In this document: positions 35,356 through 43,249 of the stretch, piece by piece | How positions within the stretch are numbered: the first letter of the stretch is position 1 | How the letters are laid out: the number at the start of each line of letters is the position of its first letter | Assembly: GCA_041743025.1 (NCBI GenBank) | Contig: JBGTNM010000180.1 | Location: 3,315 to 67,314 of the forward strand | DNA length: 64,000 bases | From: Microcystaceae cyanobacterium | Lineage (GTDB): Bacteria; Cyanobacteriota; Cyanobacteriia; Cyanobacteriales; Microcystaceae | Direction: 5' to 3' | The notes under the pieces: generated by a model | Seen by the model: only the letters and a program-made list of their open reading frames with translations | Database searches by the model: none | Told to the model about the DNA's origin: nothing | Made by a program: the position numbers and the translations under genes

Positions 35356-36576
35356 ATGATAGTCATTGAATATAAAATCAAAGCTAAAGAACATCAATTA
35401 TTAGCGATTGATGAAGCTATTCGTACTACCCAATTCATTCGAAACAAATCTATTCGATATTGGCTGGATAACGAAAAAGTTACGGGTGCAGATCTGAATA
35501 AAAACTGTACAAAATTAGCTAAAGAATTCAGCTTTGTTAAAGACCTTAATTCAATGGCTAGACAAAGTGCTGCTGAAAGAGCATGGTTAGCTATCTCTCG
35601 TTTCTACTCGAACTGTAAAAAGAAAATTAAAGGAAAAAAGGGATACCCTAAATTCAAGAAAAATGTTAGGTCTGTTGAGTATAAAACTTGTGGTTGGAAA
35701 TTAGATAAATTTAACAAAACTATAACCTTTAAAGATAACAAAGGTATTGGTCAAGTTAAACTTGTTGGGAGTCGAGATCTCAATTTCTATTCTGAATCAG
35801 AAATTAAAAGAGTCAGAATAGTAAAAAGAGTCGATGGGTACTATGTCCAATTCTGTATCTCAATCGATCCTAGAGTTACTGTTAATACCGAGCTAGAAGC
35901 GACAGGTAAGGCAGTAGGAATTGATTTAGGTTTAATTGATTTCATGACTGATAATGAGGGTTTAAAAGTTCCTACACCTAAGTTTTATCGCCAAGGAGAA
36001 AAACAACTCAAAAGAGCTAACCGAAAAAAATCTAAGAAATTCAAGAAAGGGCAAAAACCACCCTCTAATAATTATCAAAAAGCGAGAAAAAGATATAGCT
36101 TAAAACATTTAAGAGTAAGTAGACAGCGTCAAGAGTGGCTAAAAAGATTAGCACTGCGTTTAGTTAAGTCGAGAGATCTTATCGTCTATGAAGACTTAAA
36201 TGTTAAGGGCTTGGTCAAAAATCCGAAACTCGCTAAAAGTATTAGTGATGCTGGTTGGAGTATATTCCGTCAATGGTTAGATTACTTTGCTTATAAATAT
36301 GGAAAGGTTAGTCTAGCTGTTGCTCCTCATTACACATCTCAAGAATGTAGTAGTTGTAGCATGATTGTGAAAAAAGCACTATCAGAAAGGACTCATGTTT
36401 GTTCTAGCTGCTTGTGTGTTTTAGACAGAGATGAAAACGCCGCAATTAACATTCTTAAAAAAGGAATATACGAACTTTCAACTACCTTGGGGCGCAGGGA
36501 ATGTCAAGCTTCAGGAGATGAAACCTCTACTCTGATTGGAGAAATCCTGTCTAGAGCAAGTTTTGTCCGTGAATGA
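35356..36576 (+). CDS. tnpB: TnpB (IS200/IS605-family OrfB, RuvC-like RNA-guided endonuclease); no tnpA present
   Basis: The track ORF starts at GTG 35341; ATG at 35356 gives MIVIEYKIKAKE. RuvC residues: GIDLGL, IVYEDLN, DRDENAAINI. Zinc finger: CSSCSMIVKK...CSSCLCVLDRD. Confidence 0.9.
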   Translation: MIVIEYKIKAKEHQLLAIDEAIRTTQFIRNKSIRYWLDNEKVTGADLNKNCTKLAKEFSFVKDLNSMARQSAAERAWLAISRFYSNCKKKIKGKKGYPKFKKNVRSVEYKTCGWKLDKFNKTITFKDNKGIGQVKLVGSRDLNFYSESEIKRVRIVKRVDGYYVQFCISIDPRVTVNTELEATGKAVGIDLGLIDFMTDNEGLKVPTPKFYRQGEKQLKRANRKKSKKFKKGQKPPSNNYQKARKRYSLKHLRVSRQRQEWLKRLALRLVKSRDLIVYEDLNVKGLVKNPKLAKSISDAGWSIFRQWLDYFAYKYGKVSLAVAPHYTSQECSSCSMIVKKALSERTHVCSSCLCVLDRDENAAINILKKGIYELSTTLGRRECQASGDETSTLIGEILSRASFVRE

Positions 36577-36611
36577 GGAATCCCTCGACTCCGTCGATGG
36601 GAGCGTCAAGC
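36440..36611 (+). ncRNA. Putative omega/reRNA and right-end hairpin of the TnpB element
   Basis: TnpB guide RNAs derive from the 3' end of tnpB plus the right end. Downstream of the stop lies an imperfect hairpin TCCCTCGAC-TCC-GTCGATGGGA (36577-36611). Boundaries are approximate. Confidence 0.4.
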
Positions 36612-37883
36612 TTACAACTGCCAATAAAATAATAACCAAAATCGACCCATCAAACGGTTTGATAGACTGCGTTTCTGCCATTGTAGGTACTCAACCAGGT
36701 GACTTTTAACAAAAGCCTGTTGAAAAAAATGCTCGACTTGTTGGGCGAGAAAGCGATCGCTTAAAGACACGTTCAACTCCTCATTTTCAAAGAAACTTCG
36801 CGGGTCGAAATTCGCGCTACCTAAACTGACCCAATCTTCATCGATCAGGAGTGCTTTGGCGTGTAGCATACTCGGTTGATACTCATAAATAGGGATGCCA
36901 ACGCTGAGCAAAGGGCCATAACACTCGCGAGAAGTGGCCCGAACAAACGACTTGTCACAGTGCGGCCCCATCGTCAAAATGCGAACATCTACCCCTCTCG
37001 CCTTTGCTTGCAAGAGAATGGCGCGAGAATTGGGATCGGGCAAAAAATAAGGACTTGCTAGCCAAATACGCCGTTTTGCACCCGAAATTGTGGTTTGAAA
37101 TAGGCTACGAATAGAGGAGGACTCGTAGGAAGGATCTTCGCCGTGCGTGACCAGAATCGTCGAACCGCCTTCTAAATGAGGGTCAACCACTTCTTCGGTA
37201 AAATCGACGCTACCGCCTGTATCTAACCAGTGCTGCCAAAAAAGCCCTTGAAGCCTCGTTACAGCAGGCCCCTCAAGGCTGATCTCGTAATCTAACCAAG
37301 GAGCAGTATCGCCGATTTTGTCCCAACCGTCCCAGTGATCAGATATGCCTGCCCCTCCCAGCAAGGCTAGGCGGCGATCAATTAACAAGAGTTTGCGATG
37401 ATTGCGCTGTAAATTGGCTACCGGATCTCGCCAGCAAAACCGATTGAAGGTGCGAACGGCGACACCTGCTTGTTTTAACTGCTGCCAGTAAGATGAAGGC
37501 ATGGACTTTACGCCGTGATCGTCGGCAATCAGTTGAATTCTCACTCCCGCTTGAGCCTGTTCGATAAGCGCCTGGGCAAATTCATCGGCACGGCGGCCCG
37601 GGGTCATAATGTAGGTTTCAAATTGAATGGATTTTTGGGCAGAGCGAATGGCGGCTAAACGCGCTTGAAAGATCGCGTCCGCCTCCACCCAAAAATTCGT
37701 TATTTCGCCTTGAGTGATAAAAGAATCTGAAAGACCAGCCACCGTAACGACAAAGTTTGCCGCTTCTGGTGCAGGGCAATGATAGAGGCGGTAGTGCGGA
37801 CGGGGGCGAAAATATCCCTGGAAATAGAGGACGATAAAACTGATGAATACCCCACTACCCAACCAGACGAGCCAAAACTTCAT
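36612..37883 (-). CDS. cls: Cardiolipin synthase / phospholipase D family protein
   Basis: 423 aa. N-terminal TM. Two HKD motifs (NHRKLLLIDRRLALLGGAG and LHAKALLIDEDWVSLGSAN). Confidence 0.85.
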   Translation of the reverse strand: MKFWLVWLGSGVFISFIVLYFQGYFRPRPHYRLYHCPAPEAANFVVTVAGLSDSFITQGEITNFWVEADAIFQARLAAIRSAQKSIQFETYIMTPGRRADEFAQALIEQAQAGVRIQLIADDHGVKSMPSSYWQQLKQAGVAVRTFNRFCWRDPVANLQRNHRKLLLIDRRLALLGGAGISDHWDGWDKIGDTAPWLDYEISLEGPAVTRLQGLFWQHWLDTGGSVDFTEEVVDPHLEGGSTILVTHGEDPSYESSSIRSLFQTTISGAKRRIWLASPYFLPDPNSRAILLQAKARGVDVRILTMGPHCDKSFVRATSRECYGPLLSVGIPIYEYQPSMLHAKALLIDEDWVSLGSANFDPRSFFENEELNVSLSDRFLAQQVEHFFQQAFVKSHLVEYLQWQKRSLSNRLMGRFWLLFYWQL

Positions 37884-38080
37884 CTTATGTCCATCAAAAC
37901 AAAAGTTCTTGTTGTTTTACAGCTTATCATTGAGGAGTTAAACTAGAAATCACAAGGGTTTTGCCAGAGTGACGAAAGAGGGATATGTTAAAAATTATTA
38001 CGTTTGACAATTATATTCAAGTGTTTGGGCATTTTTTAGTTGATACGATTTATAGCTAGAAAAAAAGGTCATAATATTCT

Positions 38081-39268
38081 ATGCCTGATAATAACGTTTC
38101 TGTGCCTGATGAGAACATTGATGAAATTAGAAATAAAACTATTGCGATCATAAATAGAATTCAGTTATCTCTTAACAATCTCAGTGATTTAAATAGAGAC
38201 ATTGATCAACTTTGTAGCGATCAAGAAGAATTAGAAAATATATACCAAGAATTAATAGAAAAAAATGCAAATTTCTTTCGAGATCTAATTGAAGGGATTA
38301 AAAGCATAGGATTAAGTTTAACAGTAGGGGTACTTCATACTGGTTTAGGAATAGGTATGGCTCTATTTACTGGGGATTTCAATCAATTAATATTTGCTGC
38401 TAAATCGATTGACAAATCTCATGAAGTTTATGGCATTATTCAAAATAACAAAAACTCTGAAAAAGCAAATGATCCAAAATTTAAAATATTGTGTTTAATT
38501 TTATACGGATTAAACATTATTAATGTAATCAAGCTAACTAGCATTAAACTCCGTGATTATTACTCATCAAATAACTGTATTAAAAAAGAACACGAAGATG
38601 TAATATCAAAAATTATTTTATTAAATAAAAATAATATAGAAGATGAAATTAGAATAATAAATAATGCCTTTAAAGAAATTGCTATAACTATTGAGGAAAT
38701 TATAAAGATTATAAAAATAAAAGAAGAAAATCATAATTCAATCGTTTTAGAGAAGACAAATAAAATAAAAAAAATACTCACAACACTAGAAATAAGCAAG
38801 CAAAAAATAATCAAAAAAACAAGGCAAGCCAAAAAAGAATTAGACGATGAAATTGACAAAAAAATACGATTTATAGAATCTTGTCATTTAACAGTTTTAA
38901 ACTCTTTACCATCATCGATTAAAACAGATTACAATCAAGAGATTACGACAGAATCTCATATTGAAAATCTATTTATCATTATTTCACATTTTATTAAATC
39001 ATCATATAAAACATTAAGTTATTTTAATATTAGTTACGTTTCTGATAACTGTTTTAAAATACAATTTTGTGATAAATACTCAGAAATATTTAATTTTTTG
39101 GCAATCAATACAGACAATAAATTAAGTATTGACTATATTAAATTAATTCAAAATTACTACGAAAATGCAAAGAATTATTGGGATTGGTGTAAAAAATCAA
39201 GTCAATCACATCTTGAGAGCAAATCAATTTTACAAAAATCAGTAGATTTCATTGAAATTGAAAAATAA
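38081..39268 (+). CDS. AT-rich ORFan, segment 1 of an in-frame interrupted 705-codon reading frame
   Basis: 395 aa, Lys/Ile/Asn-rich, coiled-coil-like, with a hydrophobic stretch (SLTVGVLHTGLGIGMALFTG). Ends at TAA 39266-39268. The next 9 codons and ORF 39296 are in the same frame. Confidence 0.55.
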   Translation: MPDNNVSVPDENIDEIRNKTIAIINRIQLSLNNLSDLNRDIDQLCSDQEELENIYQELIEKNANFFRDLIEGIKSIGLSLTVGVLHTGLGIGMALFTGDFNQLIFAAKSIDKSHEVYGIIQNNKNSEKANDPKFKILCLILYGLNIINVIKLTSIKLRDYYSSNNCIKKEHEDVISKIILLNKNNIEDEIRIINNAFKEIAITIEEIIKIIKIKEENHNSIVLEKTNKIKKILTTLEISKQKIIKKTRQAKKELDDEIDKKIRFIESCHLTVLNSLPSSIKTDYNQEITTESHIENLFIIISHFIKSSYKTLSYFNISYVSDNCFKIQFCDKYSEIFNFLAINTDNKLSIDYIKLIQNYYENAKNYWDWCKKSSQSHLESKSILQKSVDFIEIEK

Positions 39269-39295
39269 ATTAGTTCTATTCAACAATTAAAGGAT

Positions 39296-39724
39296 TTGAT
39301 TAGAGAGATAAATAAAACAAAAAAACAACAAGAAAAAATAAATTATAGAAAAGATTTTGCATCTATTGAGAACACTATAAAACATATAAAAAATGACATT
39401 TTCTTATTCAATAAAACATTTAAAAAAGAATCTAAGAAAGAAAAAAAAGCATTTAAGGAAGAAAAAAACTTCTTCAATACAATTATTTTTCATAATATCT
39501 CAATTGCATTAACATTAACGTTGCTAGGGATATTTATAACAATTAAAATCCATGAAAATTTCAACAAAGAAGTTCATATACCAATTTCTTCATTAAATAA
39601 CTCATCTTTATCAGAAACATCTCAGTTGCCTGAAAATACAACCATAAAAACTAATATTAATTCTAGAGATAATTCAGATTCTTCTCCAGAAAAAATAATT
39701 CCTTTATATAACAATAAAAATTAA
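39296..39724 (+). CDS. AT-rich ORFan, segment 2 (TTG start in the track is probably an artefact)
   Basis: 142 aa, one TM (ISIALTLTLLGIFITI). Same frame as 38081. Ends at TAA 39722-39724. Confidence 0.4.
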   Translation: MIREINKTKKQQEKINYRKDFASIENTIKHIKNDIFLFNKTFKKESKKEKKAFKEEKNFFNTIIFHNISIALTLTLLGIFITIKIHENFNKEVHIPISSLNNSSLSETSQLPENTTIKTNINSRDNSDSSPEKIIPLYNNKN

Positions 39725-39748
39725 ATAGTAGATGATTATCTATTAGCT

Positions 39749-40195
39749 TTGTCAACTGCTGAAAGTGCATTATTAGCAAGTAAAAATATAGAAAAACCGA
39801 TAGATTGGAAGTTTGTAATAGAGCAATGGACTATGGCAATAGCTTATCTAAAAAATATTGTTGAAACTGATCCTAAATACAGCGCAGCGCAAGAAAAACT
39901 CAAAGAGTATGAAAAGAATTTAGCTATTACAAAAACACAACAAGCAGTTCAAATAGCAAAAGAGTCAGAAATATTTAACCTTGGCATAGAAGCAGCGCAA
40001 TCTGCAATTAAAATGTCTGAAACAGCACAAACTAAACAGCAATGGACTGAAGTTATTCAACAATGGGAAACATCAATAATGATACTTAATAGCATACCCA
40101 GTTTAGGCTCTTACTACGATCAAGCGCAAGCAAAAATACAAGAGTATCAAGAAAATTTGAATTATGCTTATGCACAATTAAATCAAAAGTTCTGA
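39749..40195 (+). CDS. AT-rich ORFan, segment 3 (TTG start), with an internal duplicated W-x3-W...AQ-x-K-[IL]-x-EY-x-x-NL motif
   Basis: 148 aa, same frame as 38081 and 39296. Two copies of the motif: WKFVIEQWTMAIAYLKNI...YSAAQEKLKEYEKNL and WTEVIQQWETSIMILNSI...YDQAQAKIQEYQENL. Confidence 0.4.
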   Translation: MSTAESALLASKNIEKPIDWKFVIEQWTMAIAYLKNIVETDPKYSAAQEKLKEYEKNLAITKTQQAVQIAKESEIFNLGIEAAQSAIKMSETAQTKQQWTEVIQQWETSIMILNSIPSLGSYYDQAQAKIQEYQENLNYAYAQLNQKF

Positions 40196-40331
40196 ACATT
40201 AGTTTGAAGCTTAAAAACTAAGTGTAATATAAATCATAAGTTTATTGTAATCGAAATCACTGATGCTAGTAAAGCTACAAATTAACATTAAGTATTAACA
40301 AGATTACTTAAAAAAACTGCACAAGATTAAT

Positions 40332-40847
40332 ATGTCATCAGAAAAATTATCATTACCACAAGCCAATCTCAAATTAGCCCTTTGGCAAGCTGAAGTTGAT
40401 TTTATTGATAATACTGAATTATTTGTTTGGATCTCTAACTGTGGATTCCCAACTGATATAGCTCTTAGACTATACGAATTAGTTAAACAGCAAACGAAAG
40501 TAGGTAATAAAGTTATTTCTATCGGCAAAATTATTTTATTTAAAATAATTGAATTTATAAAAGAGCATCCATATTTATCTATAGGAGTAGCTTTAGGTGC
40601 TGCTATTGGATTATTAGTTAGTTTTATTCCTTTTCTTGGGCAGTTGCTAGCACCATTAGCGACTGTTTTAGGTATTCCTATTGGTGCGATCGCAGGACAT
40701 AGACTAGATAAAAGAAGGCAAGGTAAAAAAATCTATGATACTGACATTATTGGTATTTCCGAAGAAATCATTGAAATAGCAGGAGAATTTTTTAAATTAA
40801 TGATTGATGTTTTTAGCGTCGTTTTCAGGGAATTGATTACAGCATAA
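40332..40847 (+). CDS. Small membrane protein (Gly/Ala-zipper TM pair), ORFan
   Basis: 171 aa. LSIGVALGAAIGLLVSFIPFLGQLLAPLATVLGIPIGAIAGH. Confidence 0.55.
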   Translation: MSSEKLSLPQANLKLALWQAEVDFIDNTELFVWISNCGFPTDIALRLYELVKQQTKVGNKVISIGKIILFKIIEFIKEHPYLSIGVALGAAIGLLVSFIPFLGQLLAPLATVLGIPIGAIAGHRLDKRRQGKKIYDTDIIGISEEIIEIAGEFFKLMIDVFSVVFRELITA

Positions 40848-40873
40848 ACAATCAAAATTGTAGAGGAGACAGC

Positions 40874-41419
40874 ATGACTCAATCAAAAAAACCTAGTAAA
40901 GAAGATTTACTAAAAACGTTAAAGAAATTAGAAAAGAATCCTAATGATACAGTCAGAATATTAGGAGAAGTAGGAATCACTGTTTTTGGTGCTGGTGCTT
41001 CTGCTGTTGCTGCTGCTGCAATTGGAGTAACTTCCTCAATACCAGTTATAACTGCTGTAACTGGTATTGTTTTAGTTGGAGCTACTCCTATAGGATGGGT
41101 TGCAACTGCTGCTGTTGCTGGTGGTGCTGCTGCTTGGAGTTTAGCACAAGCTCTTAAGCACGGCTCTAAGACTGAAGCTACAAGAGCTTGGCTTATAAAT
41201 GATTTGCAACACAAAATAAAAGATATTGATGCAAAAGAAACAGCATCTAAAATAACAGCAAAAGACTTGAGTGATTTTTATGGTTTATTAAGGAAAGCAT
41301 TAGAAGCAGATTTAATGAGCAAAGAAGATACACAGCGTTTATTAGAAGCTATAGGTAATAATACCATGAGTTTAAGTGAAGCATATCAATTGATTAAAGA
41401 CATTGTAATTGGTATTTAG
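40874..41419 (+). CDS. Small membrane protein (Ala/Gly-rich TM region), ORFan
   Basis: 181 aa. GITVFGAGASAVAAAAIGV...VLVGATPIGWVATAAVAGGAAAW, encoded by GCT-rich DNA. Helical C-terminal domain. Confidence 0.55.
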   Translation: MTQSKKPSKEDLLKTLKKLEKNPNDTVRILGEVGITVFGAGASAVAAAAIGVTSSIPVITAVTGIVLVGATPIGWVATAAVAGGAAAWSLAQALKHGSKTEATRAWLINDLQHKIKDIDAKETASKITAKDLSDFYGLLRKALEADLMSKEDTQRLLEAIGNNTMSLSEAYQLIKDIVIGI

Positions 41420-41535
41420 CTAATGTAGGGTCTAAATGACCTGTATTAATATCTTCTTCAATCTGCCATGCTGTAACTTGTACTTTCTTGCAGTTTTCTG
41501 GGGTATCTTGTAACAATTATCAATATATTAAAAAA

Positions 41536-41578
41536 TGGGCGATACTGGATTTGAACCAGTGGCCTCTTCCGTGTGAAG
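41536..41578. repeat. att site, left copy (duplicated 3' 43 nt of tRNA-Val)
   Basis: Exact copy of the tRNA segment from the anticodon stem to the discriminator base. It lacks the 5' half, so it is not a gene. Confidence 0.9.
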
Positions 41579-41624
41579 TCAGAGGTCTTGAAGGCTGCAA
41601 CTGTTTATACAAAGGTTTCATAGC

Positions 41625-41670
41625 TTAGTAGACATTTAGTAGACTGGTTTTAGTAGACATTTAGTAGACT
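41625..41670 (+). promoter_or_regulatory. Putative arm-type integrase binding sites: four TTAGTAGAC repeats (2 x 21 bp TTAGTAGACATTTAGTAGACT)
   Basis: Direct repeats at 41625-41645 and 41650-41670, between the att repeat and int. The related motif TTTTAGTAGA is repeated at the other end (59090-59132). Confidence 0.55.
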
Positions 41671-41708
41671 AACGGCTATAATACGACTACTCCCTTATCG
41701 ATAAAACA

Positions 41709-42881
41709 ATGCACAGTATAAATACTCAGAAACAAAAAACTAAAGTCATCAAGCCTATCAACAACAATGGCTCCATATCGATTCAGTTTCAGTTAAACGG
41801 AAAAACTTATAAGTTCAACCCAGTTAAGGGGGGACAATTCGATGACCCTATAGCTTTGGGTAAAGCCAAAACGATAGCCGAGCAAATAACGAGGGATATT
41901 CAATTAGATGAGTTCGACTTAACTTTAACTAAATATAAGCCCAAACTTCATTTAACAGTTGTGGAGAAACCGATTGATGAAATTAAAACTGTTGTTGAAT
42001 TATGGCTAAAGTATTTTGAATTTAAGCGAAGTGGGATAAAAGCTAAAACTGTAGAAAAATACGAGAATTTTGCGAGTTTATTTTATAAATTAGGTGACTT
42101 ATCCCCTTTATGTGCTTTAGAAATTAAGAAAAAACTAGAGCAAATTACCACGTTAGACAGGACAAGAGACGCATTAATGTATTTAAGCGCTTGTTGTAAA
42201 TGGGCTGTAAAGCATAAATTAATAGCTCACAATCCTTATGAGGGAATGTATCAGGAGTTACCCAAACCAAATTATGCTCAAAATCCTGCACCCAACGCCT
42301 TTACAAAAGAAGAAAAAGAATTAATCATTGAACGTTTTAGGACTGATGAACGTTCGGGATTAAATTATAGATGTTATACCGATTTTGTAGAATTTCTCTT
42401 TTTAGTTGGCTGCCGGCCTAGCGAGGCCGTTGGGCTAACTTGGGATGACATTAATGAAGATTGTTCTCTAGTTCATTTTAATAAGGCAATTATCCAAGTT
42501 CGTAGTCGTATAACCCATTCGGAAAAATCTAAAAATAATAAAATCCGTACAATAGCAGTTTCTAAACGAACCACTGATTTACTTCTTAAAATAAAACCCG
42601 AAGTAATAACGCCAAAACAGTTGATTTTTCATTCACCGATTGGCTTAGACAAGGCTATCAATTATCAAAATTTTAGTCGTAGGGCATGGGGGAGCATAGT
42701 TGACCCAATTAAGCCGGAAACAACACCCTATTGCTGTAGAGATACCTTCATTACCTCACAGTTGGTAAATGGGGTTCCTAGTAGCGTGATTGCTAAATGG
42801 TGCGATACTTCGACGGCAATGATTGATAAGTATTATGCTGATAAACTGAAACTATCCCAATTAAGACCGATGGATGATTAA
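41709..42881 (+). CDS. int: Tyrosine recombinase / phage integrase
   Basis: 390 aa. N-terminal SAM-like domain. Catalytic region GCRPSEAVGLTWDDI (Arg), YCCRDTF (Arg), AMIDKYY (Tyr nucleophile). Confidence 0.85.
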   Translation: MHSINTQKQKTKVIKPINNNGSISIQFQLNGKTYKFNPVKGGQFDDPIALGKAKTIAEQITRDIQLDEFDLTLTKYKPKLHLTVVEKPIDEIKTVVELWLKYFEFKRSGIKAKTVEKYENFASLFYKLGDLSPLCALEIKKKLEQITTLDRTRDALMYLSACCKWAVKHKLIAHNPYEGMYQELPKPNYAQNPAPNAFTKEEKELIIERFRTDERSGLNYRCYTDFVEFLFLVGCRPSEAVGLTWDDINEDCSLVHFNKAIIQVRSRITHSEKSKNNKIRTIAVSKRTTDLLLKIKPEVITPKQLIFHSPIGLDKAINYQNFSRRAWGSIVDPIKPETTPYCCRDTFITSQLVNGVPSSVIAKWCDTSTAMIDKYYADKLKLSQLRPMDD

Positions 42882-42949
42882 GAGGAAACAACAGTAGTAA
42901 AGGCTGTAAAGGCTGTAAAGGTGCTAGAAATAGCACCTTTTTGTTGCCT

Positions 42950-43249
42950 CTAAAAGCTCCAGGGGGACTTGAGAGCCTCATCATCCATACTACTGAGGAA
43001 GCCATAAAGTAGATCTTTTAAGCCTTCATAGGAATTATCAAAACTAGGCTTCGCAAATATTTGCTCGTTTACAAATGCTTTTAAAACCTCAGTATCCATA
43101 TCCATATCCATTGTTTCCTTGTAAAATGCGATCAATAAAGCTTTTAGGAAAGATCTTAGTTTCTCCTCAGTATCATATTTTTCTAACATCTGATTGAAAA
43201 CTTGATCGACAATCGGTCGCTTATTAAATTCCCATCTAATTACTTGCAT
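42950..43249 (-). CDS. Hypothetical protein (element)
   Basis: 99 aa. Overlaps the 3' end of the primase-helicase gene by 14 nt, consistent with operon coupling. Confidence 0.5.
   Translation of the reverse strand: MQVIRWEFNKRPIVDQVFNQMLEKYDTEEKLRSFLKALLIAFYKETMDMDMDTEVLKAFVNEQIFAKPSFDNSYEGLKDLLYGFLSSMDDEALKSPWSF

Noticed and set aside
35341-35358. Identical MKDKLM N-termini on the TnpB ORF (35341) and the 122 aa element ORF (50520).
   Set aside because: Both arise from non-ATG track starts (GTG/TTG) that translate a similar AAGGA/AAAGA-TAAA leader just upstream of the real ATG. This is most likely a similar ribosome-binding context, not homology.
32512-37061. Antisense track ORFs 32512-32784(+), 34604-34795(+) and 36876-37061(+).
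   Set aside because: They lie inside the Rieske, TauE and cardiolipin synthase genes respectively, all of which have clear family motifs.
40879-41214. A 111 aa minus-strand ORF rich in Ala/Pro/Thr.
   Set aside because: It is the antisense shadow of the GCT/GCA-rich tract that encodes the Ala/Gly-rich TM region of the plus-strand 181 aa protein.
41536-41578. A possible second tRNA gene.
   Set aside because: Only the 3' 43 nt (anticodon stem to discriminator) are present. There is no acceptor 5' strand or D arm, so it is the att duplication.
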